Of a stretch of DNA of 64,000 nt, positions 36,420 through 49,147 are shown one piece after another (the first letter of the stretch is position 1; every line of letters starts with the position of its first letter). Source of the DNA: Dicyema japonicum (Eukaryota; Animalia; Dicyemida). The stretch covers positions 144,324 to 208,323 of the forward strand of contig RDEW01000047.1 of the NCBI GenBank assembly GCA_011109175.1, in the 5' to 3' direction. A program made the position numbers and the translations under genes. The notes below the pieces were generated by a model. It had not been told where the DNA came from. It made no database searches and worked only from the letters and a program-made list of their open reading frames with translations.

Positions 36420-37260
36420 TAATAAGTAGACATTGAATACGTGAAATTTTGGATTCAGGAAAACATCGGATGGGTTCGAAAATTGGATACCAGAAGCGAC
36501 TACAATCCTATTTTATTGAAGATCAGGAGGGAGGTATTTTGTGATAAGAAGCCGACCTACATATACAAATCCGCAAACTGGAACCTTTTCCGGATTATTC
36601 TGAATATCGTTTGGCTGACGTAAATCTGGAGTATTTCTCCTCCCTTGACAAGGCGGTGTATCACATAAATGACATCATTCTGCAAGGGAGAAAAATGGCT
36701 GTCCCAATAAGACACACCTGCTACACAAGAGGCTTTGGAAAGATGGCTTTGGTCAAGGAAAGAAATAGCCTCAAAAAGGCTGGAATTCGCTCAACCGTGG
36801 CAAAACTCCGACTGAAATCACTGAATGAAAATATAAAGGCCAAAGAACTTACAGAATGCAAAATGGTCACAAGTTCTCAAAGCCTTGAACCGAAATCAGA
36901 CAACCGCTCAAGTATAGAAAATAATTCGGGACACATCAAGGGCTGATGATAGACCAACCTACGAATCCGAATAAAACCAGAAGAACCTGAATTCCATTAT
37001 GAAGCATTATGTGAAAATTGCCCATAAAGAGAAACGGAAGACAGGTCAACTTTTTTTGGAAAAACCGAAGAGGGACCGATTATCTTTCTACTTTTCAGAA
37101 ACGGATATAAAAGAAGCACTGTTCAATACAAAGACTACCTATTCCCACGGTCCAGATGGAATCCTTTTTATCCTGCTGAAAAATCTTTGACTGCAGGAGA
37201 ATTGGTCTTTATGGGAAAGTGCGATCCCTTCACTATGGAAACTCGCCTACATCCGCCCGA
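36420..37260 (+). mobile_element. Degenerate jockey/I-like LINE (end of APE domain, linker, start of RT)
   Basis: RSDYNPILLKI...YKSANWNLF, then FSETDIKEALFNTKTTYSHGPDGILFILLKNL. Confidence 0.65.
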
Positions 37261-38577
37261 TATTGAAGATGAAAAAACAAAAAAACGACCCGGCAGCATT
37301 AAGATCGTCCACTGCGTGCTTGTGTTTGACCGAGGGAAGACCACCGAGCCAAGCTGAGAGCCCTATTGAAATTCTTGATTTTGTCTTTAACTGTGGCCTT
37401 TGGAAATAAATTTCAAAAATTGGAAAACTTTGGATTTGTTTGTATTGAGGAGGAACGAACGAACCACAAATTAGCTATTAATTTTTTAATATTCTTATTT
37501 ATTTATTAAAACCAAAAATCACCGACAAATTAATAATAACTACATAGCCGTCAGGTGATCCCGGCCGCCTCGAATAGCCATCTCATTCTTGCTCGGTGTT
37601 TTTCCCGGGTNCGTGCTTGTGTTTGATCGAGGGAAGACCACCGGGCCAAGCTGAGAGTCCTATTGAAATTCTTGATTTTGTCTTTAACTGTGGCCTTTGG
37701 AAATTAGCTATTGATTTTTTAATATTCTTATTTATTTATTAAAACCAAAAATCACCGACAAATTAATAATAACTACATAGCCGTCAGTTGATCCCGGCCG
37801 CCTCGAATAGCCATCTCATTCTTGCTCGGTGTTTTTCCCGGGTTCCAACGCATTTCCGCATTTCCGGATTAATATTCATAATCCAATTAATGGAATTATT
37901 ACTGATTTAAAAATAGTACATAACTTTAATCTAACAATCAAGTGATTGAGTTAAAAGGAACTCTCGTTGATTATAGAACCCACAGGAGATAGTAGGGTAA
38001 GTACAGTCGTCCGAGTCGCTATTAGTTGTGGGTTCGATTCCCTAACTGCTACCTACCAGGTTAAAGGATTCTATTCTGCTGTATGCACTCATCAAATTCA
38101 AATTGATCCACCTGTCTCAGAAGATGCTCAATACCAGGTTAGCGTCAATAAAGGATGTATTTCTTCTCTAGTGTACTCGGAAGGTTCCCACAACGGCCGT
38201 GTGCTGGACTTTGGTCGTGAAAACTGGATATACATTAATTAGACGTTAGTTGACTCAACCTCTTTCTCTTATGTTCGAGGTTATTAGAACTCACGAGAAT
38301 CAATAACATAACATTGCCATATATCGTAAGACCATAAGTAGAATTCTATAAATGTTTTGTTCTATTAACAAATAACATAAATGACTATTGCATATTCTAA
38401 ATCGATCCCAGTGAGGAAAGCAAACATGTAGGGTCTCTTATGATCCTCCAAAGTTTCTCCCGTTTAAGTTAGGTTTGTAGATCTTATACTTTATATAATC
38501 TGCGGTTTTTACTGATCCCAGCTTTATGCTTTAAGTGGAGTTATTTCAAAAAATATTTAAGAGAATAAATAATATTG

Positions 38578-39983
38578 TCAAATAAGTCTTTCTATGCTGT
38601 CACCTTCATCTTCCTGCTCAATAGCAGCACGTGCATCCTTTTTGATAAATTTTGCCGCGCAGAGAAAAGCCAACCCCCCAATAACACAGGCGAAAACGGT
38701 GGTTAAAAGACCCCATCGAAGGTTCTGACTCTTACTCAAATGCTGGCCAAACAGAGGCATACTTTTCACTGATTTGCTAGCAATCTAACATAACTGGACA
38801 AAGTTAACCACTCCGACCAGGTAAGGACTCAATGCATCCCCGAGGGCGTGTTGAGCCAGAAGGTTGATAGCCACGGAAGTAGCTCGTCTGTTGGGAATCA
38901 CAATGTACTATAATAAATATATTATAAACCATCAGAATATTAATATTGACACTAAAACACAGACTAATCGAGGTCACACCCAAGAAAAGAGCAAAAAATG
39001 AGCTGTATATTTCAGCTGAGAGCATATAGAGGGTGTAGAATATCAGTGGAGCAGAGGTTAGGATCCCAAACCCGCATATTAGAGGATCAAAGACCAAGGA
39101 AACGGGTTGCAACTTTTTGGAAAGAAGAGTGCCAATGATGACGCCTAAGATTATACTAAAGGGTACCAAAGAGGCCGCCACCCGTTATAAGACTTCCGCA
39201 AATAATGGTCACTTTTTGGATGGATAAATTCGCAAATTGAGAATTCAAGACAAGATGAGCATACTCGGGGATCCAGTATGCCAGAGCTCCTGTTGAATAA
39301 GCAACCCCAATGTTCCCCAACATAACTAACATATAAGTGGGATTTCGAAACAGTGCCTTGATATCATCCAAGTATGAAGTCGAAAACTGAATCACGGAAA
39401 CATCCTCGCTTTGGCCTATTTTGGGTTCGTAGAGCAAAATAGCTCCAACAATAAGTAAAATGACTCCTAAAATTGGGGTTATTCTAAAAGCCCACTTCCA
39501 GCCGAGATTTGATGCAATAACAGAGCCGCTTATATAACCGATTCCTGAACCCATGGGAATCCCTAAGGATATTATCCCAATTGCAAGGGACCGTTTGTTG
39601 AATTCAAAAATATCAGTGATTAAGGTTGGAGAAACGGCAATAAAGCAGGCTTCCCCAATTCCGACAAAACCACGGCAAAATATAAATAGGTTAAATAGTT
39701 TGGCCGTGGAAAATGAGGATATCAACGTCATAACAATCCAAATAAACAGTCCTATCAAGCCAATCCATTTCCTGTTGTATCGGTCCCCGAGATATCCGGC
39801 TAGCGGGGAAACAGCCATATATGCCAAAATAAAACAACTCTGCAAAAGTCCTGCAGTTGAGTATGAAATACCAAAATAAGAAATAAGAAAAGGAAGAGCT
39901 CCTGCAATTTGATATCGGTCGATGTAATTTAATAAATTGATTAAAAATAAAATTGAGAGATAAGTCCAACTAGAAATCAACAT
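38578..39983 (-). CDS. SPNS: Spinster-family MFS transporter, paralog A
   Basis: INLLNYIDRYQIAG, AGLLQSCFI, GYLGDRYNRK, RGFVGIGEAC, GSGIGYI, WKWAFRITP. Three 22-24 nt introns in the 3' half restore the frame (...GGGLF|GVIIG...; NILM|YIVIPNRRATS...HALGDALSPYLVG). Confidence 0.95.
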
Positions 39984-40199
39984 AAAGTTATGACTGATAT
40001 CGGTCGATGTAATTTAATAAATTGATTAAAAATAAAATTGAGAGATAAGTCCAACTAGAAATCAACATAAAGTTATGACACTCTATACTTTTATTTTATT
40101 AAAAATTTAAAAATTGAATAAAATTATTACAAAAAAATATTTTAATTATTTGAAAGTTAAATTTTTAAAATTTAAAACCGGAAAATTCTGTTATTCTCC

Positions 40200-40320
40200 G
40201 CGTGGCGCCATGTGGTGCTACGTGGCCAATTAGTTGAAGTTTTCTGTTTTTGTCTGTTCCTCCTTCTTCCCTTCCTACTAGAGTGGCGTCATGCAATCCA
40301 CCTGTTTAGGTGGCGCCTAG
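40200..40320 (+). repeat. About 120-bp GC-rich dispersed repeat; inverted second copy at about 47877-47997
   Basis: gtggcgcc.tgtggtgct.cgtggc...gtctgttcctcc...ttcct..tagagtggcgtcatg..atccacctg.ttaggtggcgcc, roughly 80% identical by eye. Confidence 0.75.
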
Positions 40321-40689
40321 TATCAGGCTGGTACGAAAATGGGTCATTCGGATTATAAAGTACTCACACCAGCAAAAAGAAAAAAATGTGAATAACATTC
40401 CTCGGTTCTCCTATATCTGACAACTGTTAAAATACCCGTTTCATCAATATTTCCAATAATAAAAATTAAATACCCGATGCTATAATATGAAAACATCCCT
40501 ATATTTTGCGTCCGTACTTGATCGTTAGTACCGGATTCTGTCAATCAGACGCAATACCATTTTCACGATTCACGTTGTCACTAAACATTTAAAAATATGT
40601 TTTATCGTGGAAATAACTAATTTTTGTGTTAAAAGATGTTTTTTTGGTAAAAAGTCTCTATTATTAGATAATTCCCTAACGTTTCTTGT

Positions 40690-41060
40690 CTGGTCCTCAA
40701 TCGTCCCAATTGGTGGAGCCTCCATGAATGCCTAAAAACGAACTCGACCAGGATGTCATTATTTAGGACTGATCGTCATTCCTATTTATGAGTAATCACG
40801 TCACCAATGTAATTTCTGTTTTTTTGCAGAAACGCAGGTAACCGCAATCATGGTTCCTCTTGGATTCCACCGAGCAAAGACTCGTGGGAAAAGATCCATT
40901 AATGTTGGAAAGAAATACCGTAAACTTCTATGGACATTTGTATTTGACATGAATGTACTTTGGATTCCACCTTATACAATCAGCTCCTAAAGCCGACGGT
41001 GGAGTACGCCTGTACTTCCTGAGCTTATAGAATCTTAGTCCCAAGTTACAATACCATCAA
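40690..41060 (+). mobile_element. Degenerate I/jockey-like LINE RT remnant
   Basis: Broken frame reads LYNQLLKPTVEYACTS, resembling the LINE R/KPxLEY motif. Confidence 0.4.
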
Positions 41061-41558
41061 TTCTCCAAGAAGTTAGTATGTCGCTTTATGACCTATTTAT
41101 TTATTTTACTTTGTTTTAACAATAAAATAATTCAAAAAAAAAACTTACGTTTGTGAAAAAGTCAGTTCACTAAGGAAAATTACGCTTTATGACCTATTTA
41201 TTTATTTTACTTTGTTTTAACAATAAAATAATTCAAAAAAAAAACTTACGTTTGTGAAAAAGTCAGTTCACTAAGAAAAATTAAGGGAAGCAATTTAATG
41301 GTTTGTCTTATCCTGAATTAACTTCCATAAATAAAAAGATCCCTTCTCATGTCATATGGAGGATTTCAAGTATGATCTTCTTTAGGTCCAAGAAAATGTT
41401 CTGGAGATTTTTCCAACACTTCAATTGAGGTTGTCGGTGATTCGCGTGACATCTGTTTTAGTCTCACGTTTACATTTTAAGTGCAATTATTCGAACAGAA
41501 ATTAATAAACAAAAATATCGTATTGTCGGAATAAATAATTCCTATATATGACGTCACT

Positions 41559-42949
41559 TTACTCTTTCTCCACAATTGCAGCACGTGCGTCCTTTTTGAT
41601 GAATTTCACAGTGCAAATAAAGGCCAACCCTCCAACAACACAAGAGAAAATGGTAGTTAAAAGACCCCATCTAAGGTTCTCACTGTAATTTATATGCTGG
41701 CCAAATGAATTTAAATTCGTTCTGTTCACATTTTTTACTGGATTTCCTGCGATCTAACATAACTGGACAAATTTAACCACTCCAACCAGATAAGGACTCA
41801 AAGCGTCCCCAAGGGCGTTCTGAGAGATAATGTTGACGGCCACTGAGGTAGCACGTCGGTTGGAAGAGACGATATACTGAAATAAACACAATACAAACCA
41901 TCAGAATATTAATTTTAATGCTAAAACACAGACTAATCGAGGTCACAGCAAGAAAAAGAGCAATAAACGAACTGTACATTTCAACTGAGAGCATATAGAG
42001 GACGTATAATATTAGTGGAGCAGAGGCTAGAATCCCAAGGCCGCATATTAAGGGATCAAAGACCAAGGAAATGTGCTGCAACTTTTTGGAGAGAAAAGAC
42101 CCGATGGCGACACCTAAGATTATACAAAAGAGTACCAAATAATCCACCAGCCGTTATGAGACCTCCACATACAATAGTCACCTTTTCGATGGATAAATAC
42201 GTAATTTGAGAATTCAAAACAAGGTGAGCATACTCAGGGATCCAGTATCCCAGGGCTGCAGTTGAATAGGCGATCCCAATGTTGCCCACGATAATTAACA
42301 CATAAGTCGGATTTCGAACAAGTGCCTTGATGTCCTCCAAGTAAGAAGTCGGGGACTGAATCATGGAGACAGTTTCTTTGTCTATTTTGGGTTCGTAGAT
42401 GAAAATAGCTCCAACAATAAGTAAAATGACTCCTAAAATTGGGGTTATTCTGAAAGTCCATTGCCAGCCAAGATTTGAAGCAATCATAGATCCACTGATA
42501 TAACCGATCCCCGTGCCCATGGGAATCCCCAAGAATAATATCCCCATTGCATGGGATTGTTTGTTGAATTCAAAAATATCACTGATTAAGGTTGGGCAGA
42601 TGGCGGCGAAACAGGCATCCCCAATTCCGACAAATCCACGGCAAACGATAAATAGATCAAATCGCGTGGGTGTAGCAAAAGAAGAAATAAGCGCCACAAC
42701 AATCCAAATCAACAATCCTGTCAAGCCAATCCACTTCCTGTTGTATCGGTCCCCAAGATATCCGATCAGTGGGGAGACAGCAATATAGGCCGCAATAAAG
42801 CAACTCTGCAAAAGTCCAGCCGTTGAATATGAAATGTCAAAATAAGAAATAAGAAAATTAAGAGCTCCTACGATTTGGTATTGATCGATGTAATTTATTA
42901 AATTGATTAAAAACAAAATTGAAAGATACTTCCAGCAAGAAATCACCAT
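41559..42949 (-). CDS. SPNS: Spinster-family MFS transporter, paralog B
   Basis: Collinear with paralog A and with the same three 3' introns, but NYIDQY and GIGDAC at the conserved sites; ends DARAAIVEKE*. Confidence 0.92.
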
Positions 42950-43086
42950 ATTTTTACAAAATTCTATAGTTTTTTATTAAAAAAATTGAGAATTAAATTA
43001 TTACAAAAAAATATTTTTAATATTTTTAAAATTATATATTTTATTTTTTAAAAAATATGATCTTTGCAAGCGAAGATTAAGCAGGG

Positions 43087-43345
43087 TTTCTTACGTTTCT
43101 GCAAGGAACTGGGAAACCTACTCAAGGAAAAGTGGCCCATGCAGAGGAATTTCGGTCAGTAATAAAAAAGTGTACGCCGATTGAATTCTTTTGCAAAAGG
43201 AAAAGAAGACGCTTCCGGAGTGTGGTTGCATCATCAGAAGACCAAATGAAGAGTTCGGATGTTGTTGGAGGCTGGGATCACCTAATTAGTTAGTTTTAAC
43301 CTATTTTTCCTGGTAGTCTTGGGGTTAAATAAATAAATAAATAAA
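43087..43345 (+). mobile_element. Second copy of the short retroposon at 18044-18307
   Basis: Collinear, roughly 85% identical by eye; (TAAA)n tail at 43326-43345. Confidence 0.75.
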
Positions 43346-44224
43346 AGATTAATAGGCTCATTTGATGGTCGTGCCTTTTTATTAATGGCGATTCTTGGTC
43401 TTTAAATAAATACTTTTAATGGTCAGCTGTTCAGAAAATAAATTTACAATTATTTTGTGAAGGGCAATTTCCTTCTATCTCGGGGACCAGCTTCAAACCC
43501 TGATTTTTACCATTTTTAATTAGCAAAGATATGAAAGACTATGCGATTTTCCAAAGTTAAATTTTAACTAATCATGCTCAATTATAAATAGTAATTAACG
43601 TGACCAATTGAGAATGAGATACAGTTCAATACGAATAGTAACAATCGATATTTAATAATCGTTGTAATTAGCCTTCGAAACAGAAGACACATGTGGCGAT
43701 TACTACGATTCAGTTTTAATTTTTAAGCATGCAACTAGTTTATTAATAAACATAAGTTAAGAGTTAGTCGGTAGGTAAAGTATTTATATTCCTGNTAATA
43801 ATCGTTGTAATTAGCCTTCGAAACAGAAGACACATGTGGCAATTACTACGATTCAGTTTTAATTTTTTTAAGCATGCAACTAGTTTATTAATTAACATAA
43901 GTTAAGAGTTAGTCGGTAGGTAAAGTATTTATATTCCTGTCACGACGCTTAGCCACTTGTCAGTTTCTCTCTTCTCTATAGTTTGGTATCATCGATATGT
44001 ACGAGTTATGAACTTTGATTCGTATTATAAAACCACTTGTCCCCCTCCCCCCTTTAACACACACTTGATTGACTCAGAATATTTTCTTTGGATACCTCGT
44101 CTCGTAATCTTTTCCTAATACCAATTTAATGACCCATCTATATTTTTTAGTATATTTTCTAGGAAATCTTTGAAAATAAAAAAAGCAGAATATACGGGCT
44201 TATTATAACTCCCCCAGAATGATG

Positions 44225-44330
44225 CATTTCAAAGACTCAAAAAGAAAAAAGAAGTCAAAGAATTCCCTGGTTCTCCCTTTCTACGATTAGTTATTATAAC
44301 TGTTTTTTATTAAAATAAAGTGTGTGTTTT
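44225..44330 (+). mobile_element. 3' half of the SINE central domain
   Basis: aagaaaaaagaagt...cctggtt...tacgattagttattataactg...aaataaagtgtgtgtt matches 5090-5180. Confidence 0.65.
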
Positions 44331-44519
44331 GTCTGGACCTATAGCTAAAATGGAGTTTTTTATAGTACAGGCGCTAACAATTTATTTTATATATCACCAC
44401 CAGGTAAAACCAGCACAGAGGCCTCACAATTGAATAATTCTTACATGCCACTGATTATTTCCAAAACTAATCTTGCCTGTTTCGGTTTAGATTCTTAGCT
44501 TATTAAAGAGAAAATAATT

Positions 44520-45065
44520 CCAAAGAAATGGTAATGTTCAACTAACTATACGTGATCTCGACACATTCCAGTAGAGACCTCATTTTTTTACCGATGTTCC
44601 TTTTTTGATCACCCAAGCACATATGAGGCTTAGCACTGGATGCTCTTGTTTTACGGAGACAAACCGTTTATTGAGACTAGAAACTTCCAGAGATGCTGGG
44701 AAGAAGTTCTTTCTAGAATTCCATCCCTCCGTCACTACGCTTTTTTTGAAAGCTGCGATCTTCTCGCCACTTGTCACAGAGATTGACGGTCTCCACAAAG
44801 CGCATGCGACGCTCGATGTTGAGAGAAAATTGCGTATAATTTTCACTCATTTCCTGATTCGTTCGATAAAAATTTCTGGAAAAGTTTTTTCCTTGTCCAG
44901 GTCGATTGGCATGTTATCAAACTGAATTCTAATTCTATTGGTTCTGTAACCAAATCCTCCCTGATAATGAATACTTGGTATCTATACTTCACCATCATGG
45001 TCTCCACGTCTTTTTGAGGATGAAAAATTGATCAAACGTTCTAGTTGGTTCATTGATTGCGATAG
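44520..45065 (-). CDS. Possible orphan multi-exon gene
   Basis: ATG at about 45054, GT-AG micro-intron candidates, and open exons (QEMSENYTQFSLNIERRMRFVETVNLCDKW...; LWKFLVSIN|EHPVLSLICAW|VSTG). The model is not fully consistent. Confidence 0.3.
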
Positions 45066-45261
45066 CTTGAGGTTTCAGAGATGTACAATATCCAAAATCG
45101 TTAATAAATGATTTAAAACAATCTGGATAATTTTCGATTGTAAGAAAGTAAGGTCACTTTAAAATATAATAAAATAGTAAGGTCACTCGTCTTCAAAATG
45201 GATAGTAATTTATCATTTTCACCAAAACGTATAAAGTTGGCAGATAGTGATGATATTGGGA

Positions 45262-46048
45262 NNNNNNNNNNNNNNNNNNNNNNNNNNNNNNNNNNNNNNN
45301 NNNNNNNNNNNNNNNNNNNNNNNNNNNNNNNNNNNNNNNNNNNNNNNNNNNNNNNNNNNNNNNNNNNNNNNNNNNNNNNNNNNNNNNNNNNNNNNNNNNN
45401 NNNNNNNNNNNNNNNNNNNNNNNNNNNNNNNNNNNNNNNNNNNNNNNNNNNNNNNNNNNNNNNNNNNNNNNNNNNNNNNNNNNNNNNNNNNNNNNNNNNN
45501 NNNNNNNNNNNNNNNNNNNNNNNNNNNNNNNNNNNNNNNNNNNNNNNNNNNNNNNNNNNNNNNNNNNNNNNNNNNNNNNNNNNNNNNNNNNNNNNNNNNN
45601 NNNNNNNNNNNNNNNNNNNNNNNNNNNNNNNNNNNNNNNNNNNNNNNNNNNNNNNNNNNNNNNNNNNNNNNNNNNNNNNNNNNNNNNNNNNNNNNNNNNN
45701 NNNNNNNNNNNNNNNNNNNNNNNNNNNNNNNNNNNNNNNNNNNNNNNNNNNNNNNNNNNNNNNNNNNNNNNNNNNNNNNNNNNNNNNNNNNNNNNNNNNN
45801 NNNNNNNNNNNNNNNNNNNNNNNNNNNNNNNNNNNNNNNNNNNNNNNNNNNNNNNNNNNNNNNNNNNNNNNNNNNNNNNNNNNNNNNNNNNNNNNNNNNN
45901 NNNNNNNNNNNNNNNNNNNNNNNNNNNNNNNNNNNNNNNNNNNNNNNNNNNNNNNNNNNNNNNNNNNNNNNNNNNNNNNNNNNNNNNNNNNNNNNNNNNN
46001 NNNNNNNNNNNNNNNNNNNNNNNNNNNNNNNNNNNNNNNNNNNNNNNN
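45262..46048. other. Assembly gap (787 N); the two flanks are near-duplicates
   Basis: N run. About 45140-45261 repeats as about 46049-46175. Confidence 0.98.
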
Positions 46049-46109
46049 GATTGTAAGAAAGTAAGGTCACTCCAAAATGTAATAAAATAGTGAAGGTCAC
46101 TCGTCTTCA

Positions 46110-46660
46110 AAATGGATAGTAATTTATCATCTTCAGTAAAACGTATAAAGTTGGCAGATAGTGATGATATTGGGACTCAGAGATACCATGAAAGACATCT
46201 CGCCCTCAGTGGAGGAAAGAGTGAGACTGATTAGACAAGAATTAAAGCATATTGGACTAATGTAGTAATAAGTACAAATAGTTCAACTTTAGTTTAACTA
46301 ACCAGAAAATTAGGTATCAGGGTGGTATTCCAGATATTCAGCATCAATGTAAGTATGTAGAAATATGGATACGATTTTAAGTTTACACTAGAGTGTCTGG
46401 GAATCTTAGTTGATAATGTAAGAATAACTGGTTTAAATTGGTACCCCGATGGAAAGTATTAAGCTCGAAGCTTCAAAAAATGATATTTCAAACATAATTA
46501 AAATGACTAATTCACACATATCTCCTGCCGAGTATTCATTACTCCTGAATTGTCAGCCAAATTCGTGCTCGGTTAAACGATGTTTCTCTGAGATAAAAAA
46601 ATTTTCTTAGATCCAACCGAAATTTTCTAACAGAAAATTATGTAATTTGTATGTGTAACA
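46110..46660 (+). mobile_element. hAT-like transposase remnant (C-terminal dimerisation region)
   Basis: LLNCQPNSCSVKRCFSEIKNFLRSNRNF resembles the hAT PxSxxxERxFS motif; upstream frames are broken. Confidence 0.5.
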
Positions 46661-47049
46661 AAAAAGTTTTTGTGCTTTTGTTGTCTAGTTATAAAGTTAA
46701 TTTTTTAGGTTAATTTTTTTTATTTTTTAGGTTAGAAAAAATCTCCCTACTTATGATACATAACTTACTCATGGACCAAGTAATCATTATTAAATTAAGG
46801 AGTGTGTTCATTATGTGACCCTGACTTTTATCAGTAATCTCATCATCTTAGCTCGTATTCTTTATCCCGCTCTCTGTATTCTTTCCATACATGTAGGGAC
46901 TCGTATAAGATGAACTAACGCCAATCATCCTGAAAAAGGTCTTAGGCGAAGACTTCTTTAAAGTTTTAGTCATTAAGGACTGTTTTTGATCTTCTTTAGT
47001 TTGTTTTTTCTAAGTTTATTTTCAATTTGGAGTATCTATTACCGATGGT

Positions 47050-47600
47050 GGCTCTACATATTTCTTGTATAAGTGACTTCACATGAATATTTTCCATAAT
47101 GTCCTGGGAGTCCCTCCGCAAAGTTAAATTTTTTCTGGCAAGAGGATAGCATGTTGTCCACATGTTTTCCAAAAGTAATTAGAGAGTCGAAGGTATCTTC
47201 TAGTATTTTTACATCGTTTTAGCACGAAATTTGTTTCCCATTAATAATCAGTAGAGGAAAAATTTTTCAGTCTCATGTGAATAACGTACTGCATGACTTT
47301 TCAGCGTGTATAGTCAAAAGATTAAGCCTCAACCATCTACTTAGTCAAGTGGATGACGTCATTGTTAGTTTTTCGGGTTTCATACCTTGCCATAACCATG
47401 GCATAGCAAAAGTGGATTAATTGAGAGAAGTCAGATGTATCTGACGTGAAAGGAAAGCTTTCGGTTGGTTGACTTTGGTCCAGTGATATGTTCAATATCC
47501 CAATACTTGATCAAGGAATATGAGAACGATAGCTTGATGTCGTCATGTAGGTACTACCAGGCATACTATCGGGTATTTGCTTGGTAGGGAAGAGGCAGTT
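47050..47600 (-). mobile_element. Degenerate I/Ingi-like LINE RT fragment
   Basis: LSRWLRLNLLTIHAEKSCSTLF and ITFGKHVDN; related to 16441-16701 and 670-720. Confidence 0.6.
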
Positions 47601-48125
47601 TTCTCCACGAGCAGATGACCCACACTAAAACCCATTAAATTATTCCAAAACAAAGGATAAAACTTCTGAATGCTGGCCAGGCATTAGGCAACTCCTGAAT
47701 AAGATGGACCCGATGTCACACCAGAAGGAAGGAAGAAAAATCTTCAATCAAATAGTCACATTTATTTATTAACCCCAGATACACTGAGAAATAAAGGGTA
47801 AAAGACGTCCATACTTGCAGTTATGGAAACCCCACCAGTGGAGTGGGGGAGAGAAAATGATCTTTTTTTGTGCCGGGGGCGCCACCTAAGCAGGTGGATC
47901 ACATGACGCCACTCTAATAGGAAGAGAGAGGAGGAACAGACGAACATACAAAAAATCAACCAATTAGCCACGAAGCACCACAAGGCGCCACGCAACTAAA
48001 GTGCATTGTCACATGCCACCACGTGGCCAGATTTATGAAAACTCAACAGTTGTCTTGAATTAATAAATAAATAAAATAATTCTGACTTTTTAATAGTGGT
48101 CTTGAATTAATAAATAAATAAACTA

Positions 48126-49147
48126 ATGTCGACCTGCACGCTCTCTACTGTTCAAACACCATATCATCCATGCATTATGACAACCTCCTCATGTTCACAG
48201 CTGGTAGGCCATATTTTATGCGGATCGTACAAATTGGACGATGGGATTTACTCGGGGACTTTGTCGTTATATAGTCCTAAACTTAACTTTGTCTGCAGTT
48301 TGTCGACGTCCGCTGTCCTTGATGCAGTCTGGGTCGACCAGTCCAATAAACTGCTCATGGTTGACTCTTCCGGTTCTTTGGGAATGTATGGAGTTAAGCA
48401 AAACGACTCGGGGATAACAATTGAACGCATTTCTGAAGTTTCTCTGTCCTCTAAACATTTGCTGTCGCTGGACATTCTGGAGTGAACATAGCTAAATTAT
48501 AAGTAGTGGGAGTGCTATTTCGTCTGATTTAAACGGAAATATCTACCACTGTTCGGTTCAGGGAGAAGCTAGCAGAAAAGTGCACCTCCATAACTCTCAA
48601 ATATGGAAAGTTCGCTTTGCAGACAGAAACATCATATATTCTGGTAGTTCTGGGATTAAATGTGAGGTGATGATGAGGGAATTTTCAAGATTTCTGATTT
48701 GAGGACCGAAAAAGACGTTCTTTCGCGAAGGTTGAGTGCATACTCTATTAAAGATTCAAATATGGTGTCTGTGAAATTCTTCCATCAAATCACCATGACA
48801 ACGTTATTTACGCTGGGGGGTACTTTAGTATTTATTGAAGATATGACTGTCAGTTGACTTTGCTAGATAGAAGAAATATTAAAGGGGAGGTCCTGTCTTT
48901 TACTAATCTTGGTGGAGGTGTTTGGAGACTTAGGACGTGTCCTGGGAGATCAGATATTCTGCTGGCATCAGTTACTCATTCTGGAGTAAGAGTGCTCGAT
49001 GTGTCTGATTCTTCAGCCCCACGTGTGGTGATTGAATACAAGGAGCATGGTACGTTAGTTTATGGATGTGATTGGGTGGATTCTAATAATGTTGTTTCCT
49101 CATCCTTCTATGATGATGATCTTCGATTGTGGAGTGTGGCTTTGTAG
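48126..49147 (+). CDS. DPH7: Diphthamide biosynthesis protein 7 (WD40, WDR85)
   Basis: ILCGSYKL, AVLDAVW, SG|GDD, YAG|GYDCQLTLLDRRN, LGGGVWRL, EHGTLVYGCDW, SSSFYDDDLRLW; 21-25 nt introns. Confidence 0.9.

Noticed and set aside
39553-39879. Antisense ORFs over SPNS (also 42513-42788) and similar overlapping ORFs elsewhere
   Set aside because: Shadow frames of real coding strands with no independent motifs.
39910-40078. Duplicated SPNS-A first codons (alternative start exon)
   Set aside because: Exact tandem copy of about 84 bp, like other exact duplications (41085-41280, 31910-32100, 57356-57645); probably a contig-overlap artefact.
45193-46110. Long ORFs of about 270-305 aa
   Set aside because: They are translations of the N gap.
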